Below the pieces are notes generated by a model. That model was not told the origin of the DNA. It was given only the letters and a program-made list of their open reading frames with translations, and searched no databases. The translations under genes were made by a program, and so were the position numbers. Below, piece after piece: positions 55,872 to 64,000 of a stretch of DNA of 64,000 nt. The number at the start of each line of letters is the position of its first letter. Positions within the stretch are counted from its first letter, which is position 1. Origin of the DNA: a virus (lineage: Duplodnaviria; Caudoviricetes); the IMG/VR virus record IMGVR_UViG_3300010885_022465, positions 532-64,531 of that record; one strand, given 5' to 3'.

Positions 55872-56603
55872 TTATTCAGTTTCTTGTTGTTGTTGCTGTT
55901 GTGCTTGTTGACGAGTTCCTGGAACTTGAGGGATTGAGCCTTTAGCTTCATCAGAACCATCATTCTGTCTTTCATCAGGAATCATTAAAATCATTCTTCC
56001 TAACTGAAGTACTTGAGTAATTACATCCAATACTAATTCATCAGGTAATGGAATTTCATCATCTAAACTTGGAAGTCGATTAGGATTTAATGTAGATAAA
56101 ATAGATATTTCTAAATCTGTAATTGGCAATTTATCAACTCCAAGCAAATATAATCTATCAACACTTACATCATCTACTGTTTGACCTACTCTATAAAAAT
56201 AAGGGTTTTCAGGTTTAGGTTTTGTGTATTCATCTAAATACAAATGTTGTACTTGTTTAGAAAATGTAGGTTGAAAAAATACTTGAGCAAATGAATATCC
56301 ATTACAATCATCATTATCTTCAAGATTATAACAAATGTAATTAACTCCTTTTTGAAAAGGCAAATCAATTATTTGTGTTGGAAGGTCAATAAATTTTCTA
56401 CCTTTTATATCTTTTTGTATAGGAACAGAAGAATATGTAGAAGTAAATAAATCTGTATTTGTTACAGGATAATGTTGAGCTCTAAGTTTGTTTGCAACAA
56501 CCATAACCCAATATACAATTTGAGCAAACGTAATGTCAGCATCATCAAATGTTTTTTTCAGGGATTTTTCAAGGTCGTATGCGACGTAACGATATGTTGC
56601 CAT
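55872..56603 (-). CDS. tail ring/adaptor protein
   Basis: LDDEIPLPDELV motif; promoter CAAATATA at 56626. Confidence 0.55.
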   Translation of the reverse strand: MATYRYVAYDLEKSLKKTFDDADITFAQIVYWVMVVANKLRAQHYPVTNTDLFTSTYSSVPIQKDIKGRKFIDLPTQIIDLPFQKGVNYICYNLEDNDDCNGYSFAQVFFQPTFSKQVQHLYLDEYTKPKPENPYFYRVGQTVDDVSVDRLYLLGVDKLPITDLEISILSTLNPNRLPSLDDEIPLPDELVLDVITQVLQLGRMILMIPDERQNDGSDEAKGSIPQVPGTRQQAQQQQQQETE

Positions 56604-56646
56604 AAGTATATTTATTAATCAATAACAAATATACAAAACAAAACCT

Positions 56647-57399
56647 TTATATTACATTAAGTAATAACTGCATATCAGCTTGAGTAGCTGTGGTAATTGT
56701 AGTGCCATCTCCTTGTTTGTAAGCAATATATTGCAATGCCTTATTAAATAGCAATTGAAACGTAGAACTAGGGAATTCTATATTGTCATTAATTGTAGTA
56801 ATTGGAACAGGTTTCTTAACCCAAAATACTGCTACAAACTGATTAGGTATAGCTGGTCGTATTTCTATTTCTTGAGAAACATTGCCTGCATTATTATCTG
56901 TATGATTGTATGGAGATAAATAACAATATCTTTTTAAAACAGTAGCTATTGAATTTCCACCGTATCCAGCTTCAAATGGATTGTCTTTATTTCTTGACCA
57001 TTCTTCAATTGTAAGACGTTTACAATCTTCAGTTGAGTTGATATACTTCTTGTCAGGTCGATAAGCGCTGTTAGTTAATAAAACCGTAGGAGCAGGTACA
57101 CCTGTAGTTCCGACAGTTGGTAATGGAAACACTGAAAGTATTGTCCAAGGTTCTGTTGGAAATGTTGTTAAACTAACGCGAGAATAATTGTTTGTTTGAA
57201 ATATTCCTGAATAAGCAATATCTCTGAAAAATTCTTCACCTAATTTATCACCACCTAGAGTTAAGTTGACAACCGACGTTAACCAGTTAATAGCCGCATT
57301 AATTGCAGGTATATAATCTAAGTCATCTCTGTAGTAGTCAGAGCCTTCTGCGTCTAACGCAAACGCTAATTGTTTTCTTAACTCTAGTGCTGAAATCAT
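56647..57399 (-). CDS. head-tail adaptor/ring protein
   Basis: AINAA...IRPAIP...IEFP...ALQY pattern. Confidence 0.55.
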   Translation of the reverse strand: MISALELRKQLAFALDAEGSDYYRDDLDYIPAINAAINWLTSVVNLTLGGDKLGEEFFRDIAYSGIFQTNNYSRVSLTTFPTEPWTILSVFPLPTVGTTGVPAPTVLLTNSAYRPDKKYINSTEDCKRLTIEEWSRNKDNPFEAGYGGNSIATVLKRYCYLSPYNHTDNNAGNVSQEIEIRPAIPNQFVAVFWVKKPVPITTINDNIEFPSSTFQLLFNKALQYIAYKQGDGTTITTATQADMQLLLNVI

Positions 57400-57405
57400 C
57401 TTTTA

Positions 57406-58161
57406 TTAAATTGCAGAAGGAACAATAATTCTATTGTCTTCTATTTTTGAATTTCTTAACTTTTTATTCAATAACTCTTGATGTTGCTCTTCGTTTTTCT
57501 TAGCAATAACAGTAGTTAATGTTTTTCTTAACTCAGTAACATCAGTTGAAATTGGAATACCTTCTAATTTACAACGAGAAATAACTGCGTGGTCAGAAAA
57601 ATTATTTACTATATTGCTTGATTGAACCAATCTTTGAGCCCAAGCAGCATCAATATTCTGAACCGTATTCATATCTTCAAAAATCTCATATCCAAAAGCA
57701 GAACATTTTCTTAACCACTCAGCAGTTGATTTAGAGTTAGTTACATGTGATGCTACAGAAATAATTTTTTCACCATTACTTGTACGAGTTCTTGAACGCA
57801 ATACATTTGAAAATTTAATTTTTCCATGAGGAGGAACAGTCTCTACTCCACGAATTTTATCTCCAAAAATTGAATATTGAGATGCAAACACAAAAAATGT
57901 TGCAGGTTCATCCATATAATCATCAAACAATTCTTTTTCAGATAATGGTTCACCTGAAGTTCTACTAACTGGAGCAGTCGTAGTAACTTGCTTCAATCTT
58001 TCTTCCCATCGTGCATTTTGCTCTTCTAATAATTTGTACACTTCTTCCATTGAAATTGAAGGAGATGAAATGTCTTTTTTTGCTGTAGGTGTTTTTACCT
58101 CTGTGCGTTCAACAACCTTTGTTGGTTCTTCTTGAGCGTCTTGTACTTTTTCTATTGCCAT
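57406..58161 (-). CDS. hypothetical protein downstream of capsid
   Basis: 251-aa ORF. Confidence 0.7.
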   Translation of the reverse strand: MAIEKVQDAQEEPTKVVERTEVKTPTAKKDISSPSISMEEVYKLLEEQNARWEERLKQVTTTAPVSRTSGEPLSEKELFDDYMDEPATFFVFASQYSIFGDKIRGVETVPPHGKIKFSNVLRSRTRTSNGEKIISVASHVTNSKSTAEWLRKCSAFGYEIFEDMNTVQNIDAAWAQRLVQSSNIVNNFSDHAVISRCKLEGIPISTDVTELRKTLTTVIAKKNEEQHQELLNKKLRNSKIEDNRIIVPSAI

Positions 58162-58177
58162 TGTTATTTTTTAAAAT

Positions 58178-58208
58178 AAAAAGGGTAGGAAGAATTAACT
58201 CCCTACCC
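58178..58208 (-). terminator. intrinsic terminator after major capsid gene
   Basis: GGGTAGGGA...TCCTACCC-TTTTT on -. Confidence 0.7.
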
Positions 58209-58219
58209 GATTCGAGTTA

Positions 58220-59458
58220 TTATAGTTTTACATCAATTGATGCACAAGCTAATGGATTGTTAAATTTAACCCCCATGTTTGAGTCAACGTAAACTTCACC
58301 AAAACGTTTTGGAATACCATCAGCTAAAGCTAAAGTATCACCTGAACGCTCACCCCACATTTGAACACGTTTCATGTTCTTCATGTCTAAGATTGCGATA
58401 CGGTTTTGGAATTCAGCTGGGAAAGATGCAGTATCTTCAAATCGTTTGTAAGGACACAATACGATACGAGAAGAACCAATGTTGATTTCTTTCAAGTTCA
58501 ACAATGCCATGTCATTTTGAGGCTCGTAACGAGTGTGCTCGTTTTTGTAAGCTAATGACAATTGACGGTGTAATGTAGGAGTCATGAACGCCATACGAAC
58601 TGCACCATATTGACCATATTCAGAAGCTAATACCGCTTCCTCGAATGCATCAACCAAAGTTGTAGATGTAGCTTGAATTTTTGGAGAACCAGCTTCTAAC
58701 ATAGAAGTGTAAACACCACCTGTAGTTTTTGCTGGAGTTCCGTTAGCAGTTTTTACTTCACCTTTTGAACCATTCCAAAATGCATTGGACATGTCAATTC
58801 TGTGTTGTTCAAACAACTTGTCACGCTCCATAGAAAGGAAGTTAGAAGTTGTTCCTGCATTACGCATTTTGTGTAATTCTACTTCACCGTAACGGATAGC
58901 ACGGTTGAATAATTGAATGTAGTTAGAACGCTCAATTGTAGACATACGGAAGTATTGTGCGAAACCTTCAGAACCATCGTGGTCAACTGTAGAAAGGTTA
59001 GCCAATAAATCGTTTGCAGCTACTGCAGGCAAAGATTTGTTTACATAAGGAGTAACAGTGATTGTCAACAAAGTTGAATCAAAATCAGTAATTACACCTT
59101 TGTAGTTTCCTGGGTAAACAACAATCATGTTTGTTGATACGAAATCCAAAGAAGCAACAGAGATAACTTGAGTTGCAGGGTAAGATACTGCAGCAGCAGA
59201 AGCAGTCGCAACAATCGCCTCACGTTGATAAGTAGATTCTTGGAAGAAGAACTCATCAGAAGGATTGCTTTCAACCTCTTGTTGGTTAAGGAAAGATAAA
59301 TCTAAGAACTGCTGTGGTGCAGCGTCAAAGATTAATTTGTTAGTCATTTTCTGAACTAACGTTGACACTCCGTGTCCGTAGTTAGCTGCGTACTGAGAAC
59401 CTACCGAGTTTAAGTTCGCGTTGCTAAATCTACCTGAGTTGATGTTTTGTGTAGGCAT
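58220..59458 (-). CDS. major capsid protein
   Basis: 412 aa, biased codons, RSNYIQLF...NAFWNG...TTGGV pattern; follows scaffold and portal. Confidence 0.8.
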   Translation of the reverse strand: MPTQNINSGRFSNANLNSVGSQYAANYGHGVSTLVQKMTNKLIFDAAPQQFLDLSFLNQQEVESNPSDEFFFQESTYQREAIVATASAAAVSYPATQVISVASLDFVSTNMIVVYPGNYKGVITDFDSTLLTITVTPYVNKSLPAVAANDLLANLSTVDHDGSEGFAQYFRMSTIERSNYIQLFNRAIRYGEVELHKMRNAGTTSNFLSMERDKLFEQHRIDMSNAFWNGSKGEVKTANGTPAKTTGGVYTSMLEAGSPKIQATSTTLVDAFEEAVLASEYGQYGAVRMAFMTPTLHRQLSLAYKNEHTRYEPQNDMALLNLKEINIGSSRIVLCPYKRFEDTASFPAEFQNRIAILDMKNMKRVQMWGERSGDTLALADGIPKRFGEVYVDSNMGVKFNNPLACASIDVKL

Positions 59459-59488
59459 CGTGTTTATTTGTTTTTAGTTAAACCTTAT

Positions 59489-60667
59489 TTATACGTAAGG
59501 GTCATTTTTGAATGCGCTCATTCCTGATAAATGCGCCACAGCCGATAAATCAGGTTTGTCGTTCCCTTGGGTTGACTTCTGTTTTCTTATCGTCTTTGGG
59601 CTGGAATCAACAATTCTCATATTCGCCTCACTTTCTCCTTGTCTTTTCGCCTTACCTGTCGCAGATTCAACTATTTTATTACCATATAATGCGTATGCAA
59701 GTCTTTCGGCTGCATCTTCATTATAAGTACCATCCTCATTTATAAATAAGTTATCGATTCTTCCCTCAACCAAGACCGAACGAATTTTTCCTAATTCGCC
59801 CTTACTGAAGTTGGGGTACTTCTTTGTAAGAGATTCCACGGAAAGCGTAGCACTTTGTTTCACGGCTTGAAATCTGCCCTTCTCCTTAGTTTCAATACGC
59901 TCACGTTCCTTCTCAATCGCAACTTTTTCTTCATTGAAGAATCGTTTAGTTGTCTTCGCTAACATACGTAATTGTCTGTCATACTCTGCAGATGTGATTT
60001 CTCCTGAATCCAAGTCATCTTGTAATTCTTCGAACTCATCTTTCAAGTAGTGCTGAACAAGTCGATTTGAGTCTTGCTTCTCAAAGGAGTCGTCATAATT
60101 CAGTCTTTTTGATTCCTGGAAAAATTCTTTCCAATCCTCATTCTCAGCCCAAGCAGAAACAACGTCTTTAATTTCTTTTGGCATTGAACCCAAGTCTTCC
60201 AAAATTGCATTGTAGTTTTTTTCTACTTCTGCTTTTTCTTGCGCTTGTGTTCTCCATGCATCCACACTTCCAAAGAACTTCTCTACGTCGTCAATTCCAT
60301 ATTTTGATTTAACTAACTTGTTTAACTCTTTCGGTACTTCAAAGTCAATTTTAACTTCTTTTCCTTTTTTAGTTTTTTTTGTTAATCCAAAAACATCTGA
60401 ATCATCTTCTTCTTCCTCCTCTTCAGAATCATTTTCAAATTCTTCTTCTTCCTCTTCTTCATCGTCTGATGATTGTGCTTGACCACTTATAGAAGCTATC
60501 AAGTCTTTATACTCATCTGATTCTTTAAACTTAGGGTCGATACTTGTAAAGTAATCAATTTGTCTTTGCAACCCTTCATCTGTGAATTCAGCCTGAGTAT
60601 TTTGAGCTGAATTATTGTTCTCAAGTTCTTGAGCAATTTTTTCAGCTTCTTTCTCTAGGTTATCCAT
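59489..60667 (-). CDS. capsid scaffolding protein
   Basis: Acidic coiled-coil protein between portal and capsid. Confidence 0.7.
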   Translation of the reverse strand: MDNLEKEAEKIAQELENNNSAQNTQAEFTDEGLQRQIDYFTSIDPKFKESDEYKDLIASISGQAQSSDDEEEEEEEFENDSEEEEEEDDSDVFGLTKKTKKGKEVKIDFEVPKELNKLVKSKYGIDDVEKFFGSVDAWRTQAQEKAEVEKNYNAILEDLGSMPKEIKDVVSAWAENEDWKEFFQESKRLNYDDSFEKQDSNRLVQHYLKDEFEELQDDLDSGEITSAEYDRQLRMLAKTTKRFFNEEKVAIEKERERIETKEKGRFQAVKQSATLSVESLTKKYPNFSKGELGKIRSVLVEGRIDNLFINEDGTYNEDAAERLAYALYGNKIVESATGKAKRQGESEANMRIVDSSPKTIRKQKSTQGNDKPDLSAVAHLSGMSAFKNDPYV

Positions 60668-60722
60668 ATATATATTTATTTGTTGCTAAAATAAACATTT
60701 TTTTAATATAATCAACCACTTA

Positions 60723-62921
60723 CTATTCTGTAGGTGGCTGACTACCTTGTTTCATGCTTTCTTTTAAAGCTATTTTTTCTAATTCTCTTTGATGAGACAT
60801 TTCATCGCTCACTCCCTGCTGTTCTTTTTGATATTGGTCAACAGCTGCTATTCCTTGTAATTGTTGCTGCGCTTGCGCTTGTTGTTGCTGTCGCATCTGA
60901 CCTTGCATGTCATCCATTTTGTTTTGTGCCATTACTTTGTTTTTAGTATGTACACGTAATGCGGCTGCAATGTTTTCAGGGTTAGCTCTACCAAATAAGT
61001 TTGCAAAAACAGTTTGGTCAATTAAGCCACCTTGAAGTAAAGTAAACAATAATTGATTTCCTTGTTGGATTCCTTGCTCTTTAGTTTCAGAACGTTTAAT
61101 GAATATTCTAAAATCTTGAAGCATGTGGTTTTTAGAAAGATTAATATTCATCAATCCTTTATCACCAACAATAGAAGTTAATTTTCTAGGGTTATCTATG
61201 TATATTGCTTTACCTACCGTAGCCATGTGTTCGTATGCTTGTTGTAGTATTGAAGTAATACCCCAATAGAATGGTTCTTGAACAAGAGAACCTCTTTGTA
61301 TCTGAGCTTCGATTACACCCACTAAAACATCTCCTCCACCCTGAGTTCCAGTCATGGCTTCGTTAACTCCTGTAACGTCTTGTATGGACTTCTGAACCTG
61401 GTCAATAACTTGGAACATCTGTAATGTACCTTGACCTAAATTTGTTCCGTATGTTCCAATAGCATTTTGCACTGAACCTACTCTATCTGTATCTACGAAG
61501 ATTGGTTTAGATGCATTAATATTTCTCATTAAGTCAGCTTCACCATCTCTCTCGTCAATTGCAGATTTTGAGATTACAGTACCTGTACCACGCATATTAC
61601 TCATGTGGGATTCAATTACAGATAATGTTCTGTTCAAGAATCTTTGTGGGTCAATAACGTCATCTAATGGAGTTAATACTTCACCTCTATCGTAAACCCA
61701 TGTATATACTTTGTATGGGAATTTTACGTTTGATGGGTCGTATAAGTTTCTTTCTTGATATGGAGTTACACCAAACTCAAGAACAATGTCGTGACCTACA
61801 CCTACTCCAACTTCTTCTTTTGGAATAAAAATACAATAACGTTCAACATCTCTAAATACAACGTGTTTCTTTTTATCTCCCATGTCCTCCTTGTGTTTCT
61901 CAGTAGGTGGGTCAATCAAATCTTTATCTGTGTATTCGGAGAAATTCTCATTATTAATAACTGAGTAGTATGGAGCTTGATTCTCATCAAGTACCCATCC
62001 ATATTCACATTTTTCAACATCTTTCCAGTGCATTTCATAAACAGGAATTTTACCACCTTTAAGTGTAAAGATTCCGTTCATGATTCTATGGATACCTTTA
62101 TTGTCATTTTTTCCGTACTGCTCGATTGCAGCTTTTTCTTCAGGAGAAAGTTTTTGGTATCTTTCAAAAATTGTAGGAGCATCTAAGTAATACCATTCAC
62201 CCATAAACTCAGCATCAGAGAAATCAGGCTTTAACGCTGACATATCCCAAATAAAAAATAATGGATTTAAGGCTTCTGCTTTGTATAGCTCATTATGTTC
62301 GTATCCTTTGTAGATACCCATACCTGATAACGCAAGAGAGCGAGTTAACTGAACTTTTAATTCGTCAATCCTTACATCATTAGCTATGAATTCAATAAGG
62401 TTATTAATATCACCCTCATATCTTTCTTCCCAAATGTTTTGGAAAATTTCTTCAGTTTCTTGTGGCGTGTCTCCAATTGGAAGATTACGTTTGATTGTAT
62501 CTTTCATGAATGGAAAGGCTTCAGCAACCTTCTCAAATCCTTTAAGCTCTGCTAATTCTTTTTCTCTTTCATTGATTACGAAATCAGAAATACAAGTTGC
62601 TTTTGCATCGTATGCTAATCGAATGGCATTCCCAACAAATTGTTGTACCATTGGTTTAATGATGTTCTTTGTCCATTTAAGACGATTACGAATATCTCCT
62701 GATTCATCTAAGAAAAAAGATTCAACATCTTCATCAAATATCCATTGACCTTCTCCACCTTTGTAGAAAGACCAATTCAATAAACATTTGTTTATGTAAT
62801 TTCTATACATATAGTTGCTCATCGTAGACAAGCAATACTTCGCAAATCTTGCGTGATAATCAGAGTCCTTTTTCTCGGTTAATCTGTTTGGTCTTGTTAC
62901 AACTGAATTGTATAAAAACAT
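60723..62921 (-). CDS. portal protein
   Basis: 732 aa; NIIKPMVQQFVG, DPQRFLN, VTGVNEAMTG, Gln-rich C-terminus (P22-like). Confidence 0.85.
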   Translation of the reverse strand: MFLYNSVVTRPNRLTEKKDSDYHARFAKYCLSTMSNYMYRNYINKCLLNWSFYKGGEGQWIFDEDVESFFLDESGDIRNRLKWTKNIIKPMVQQFVGNAIRLAYDAKATCISDFVINEREKELAELKGFEKVAEAFPFMKDTIKRNLPIGDTPQETEEIFQNIWEERYEGDINNLIEFIANDVRIDELKVQLTRSLALSGMGIYKGYEHNELYKAEALNPLFFIWDMSALKPDFSDAEFMGEWYYLDAPTIFERYQKLSPEEKAAIEQYGKNDNKGIHRIMNGIFTLKGGKIPVYEMHWKDVEKCEYGWVLDENQAPYYSVINNENFSEYTDKDLIDPPTEKHKEDMGDKKKHVVFRDVERYCIFIPKEEVGVGVGHDIVLEFGVTPYQERNLYDPSNVKFPYKVYTWVYDRGEVLTPLDDVIDPQRFLNRTLSVIESHMSNMRGTGTVISKSAIDERDGEADLMRNINASKPIFVDTDRVGSVQNAIGTYGTNLGQGTLQMFQVIDQVQKSIQDVTGVNEAMTGTQGGGDVLVGVIEAQIQRGSLVQEPFYWGITSILQQAYEHMATVGKAIYIDNPRKLTSIVGDKGLMNINLSKNHMLQDFRIFIKRSETKEQGIQQGNQLLFTLLQGGLIDQTVFANLFGRANPENIAAALRVHTKNKVMAQNKMDDMQGQMRQQQQAQAQQQLQGIAAVDQYQKEQQGVSDEMSHQRELEKIALKESMKQGSQPPTE

Positions 62922-62922
62922 A

Positions 62923-63495
62923 TTATTTCATTACGTCATTAATATTAACCAACACCTCTGTCTTGGTTTTTCTATTCACTACTTTTGCTCCAAATGAGGT
63001 TTCTAATGTTGCAACCATTTTAGGTAAAGAATCATGTGCTTTAATCAAAAGGTCAATGTACTTTTTTCTTTCCTCAATGTCCAATTCATCAATTGGAGTT
63101 TGCAATATTATTATCTCATTCAATGTATCAAACATATATTGAGAAAGTAGCTTTGCTTTTAACCTGTACTCAGGATTAAATGCCGCCATTCTGTTTATGC
63201 CTAATTCAACTTCTGTAGGTATCTTTCCCTCACCGATTGCTCTTAGGTCTTCTTTTCTTTCCCAAGCCTTTCCATATACAATGGTTAGTGCTCTTTTGAT
63301 TTTTGCTGTTCTTGGTAGCATTGTATATATTGGAGAGGTTCTATTACCTATTAACCAACATAATCTTACTAGCTTTGGGTTCTTTAAATCTTTGAACTCT
63401 TTTATCTCTGCTAGTTCAGGATACTCTAGTAGTAAATCCCTATCTGTGCTTAATCCAAAAATTACTAAATCAGCTTCTTCTGTTTCTTTTGCCAT
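62923..63495 (-). CDS. hypothetical protein, probably leaderless
   Basis: 190 aa; TATATTTG (63500-63507) 4 nt from ATG. Confidence 0.7.
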   Translation of the reverse strand: MAKETEEADLVIFGLSTDRDLLLEYPELAEIKEFKDLKNPKLVRLCWLIGNRTSPIYTMLPRTAKIKRALTIVYGKAWERKEDLRAIGEGKIPTEVELGINRMAAFNPEYRLKAKLLSQYMFDTLNEIIILQTPIDELDIEERKKYIDLLIKAHDSLPKMVATLETSFGAKVVNRKTKTEVLVNINDVMK

Positions 63496-63506
63496 AAGAC
63501 AAATAT

Positions 63507-63537
63507 AAAAAGAATAGGGGATATTTCACCCCTATTC
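63507..63537 (-). terminator. intrinsic terminator
   Basis: GAATAGGGG...CCCCTATTC with T run on -. Confidence 0.75.
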
Positions 63538-63545
63538 AATATTAA

Positions 63546-64000
63546 TTACAAAGAAGGAATAGCGAAGTATTTAGCAACTTCAGTACCAACTGTAGCTAAG
63601 TTAGCAACAGAAATAGTACCAGCTAAAATACCATCTAATGCAGTTTCGTAGTTTGTAGAACCTGAACCTGTTGTGTAGTTAGATGCTTCGTAAATAACTG
63701 AATCAACATTTTTGAATACACTTAATCCTGATACAGCATTGTGTTTAACCAATTTTCTGTGACGGATTACGTATCTGTTGTAAGTTCTTCCAGCTAAAGA
63801 TTTACCAACAGCTTGTAACTCAACTTCAGAGATTGTTCCTACAGGAGCAACATAAGCAGTTGCATCAGCATAAGTAGCACCTGAATCAGAGAAAACAGCT
63901 TGGATAGCACCAGCATCAGCAGAAGCAGCTAAGATGTCTAATGTAGAAGTTGTTCCGTTGATAGAAGCAGTAACACCAGCTTCAGTATCAGCATTGATAA
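63546..64000 (-). CDS. partial structural protein (open to window edge)
   Basis: Frame open to 63998 (INADTEAGVTASINGTT...); A/T/S/G-rich, biased codons, own terminator. Confidence 0.65.
   Translation of the reverse strand, partial: INADTEAGVTASINGTTSTLDILAASADAGAIQAVFSDSGATYADATAYVAPVGTISEVELQAVGKSLAGRTYNRYVIRHRKLVKHNAVSGLSVFKNVDSVIYEASNYTTGSGSTNYETALDGILAGTISVANLATVGTEVAKYFAIPSL

Noticed and set aside
31965-63508. Many short plus-strand ORFs across the late arm
   Set aside because: Antisense shadows arising from codon bias of the structural genes
1-64000. Stop-codon reassignment as in some crAss-like phages
   Set aside because: Long genes are intact under the standard code, and both TAG and TGA serve as normal stops

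Overview
Most of a roughly 65-kb AT-rich tailed phage genome that probably infects a Bacteroidota (Flavobacteriia-like) host, judged from TAnnTTTG -7 promoters and A-rich ribosome-binding regions without Shine-Dalgarno sequences. Layout: an accessory patch (100-1400) with a structured RNA and an attC-like cassette; a minus-strand packaging block (TerL, RepL-like wHTH, HNH; 1426-5341); a 1.35-kb divergent non-coding region with phased palindromic boxes, bent DNA and a probable ~550-nt structured ncRNA; a plus-strand early/replication arm (amidoligase + class II glutamine amidotransferase, ERF, RlpA, exonuclease, initiator with internal iterons, helicase, MazG-like, SSB; 6713-23943); a separately promoted plus-strand receptor-binding cassette (24034-28888); and a long minus-strand late arm (lysis, tail fibres, large internal virion proteins with an embedded ferritin, nozzle/ring proteins, capsid, scaffold, portal) with podovirus/crAss-like gene order. 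No integrase, DNA polymerase, virion RNAP motif, CRISPR array or complete tRNA was recognised. The best leads are in the non-coding DNA: two unrelated promoter-proximal RNAs in which a 5' hairpin loop is complementary to the loop of the intrinsic terminator, the large ncRNA candidate, an anticodon-less mini-tRNA after the first early gene, and a 52-bp-phased box array around the only GATC I found. All protein calls come from motif recognition by eye, not database searches.
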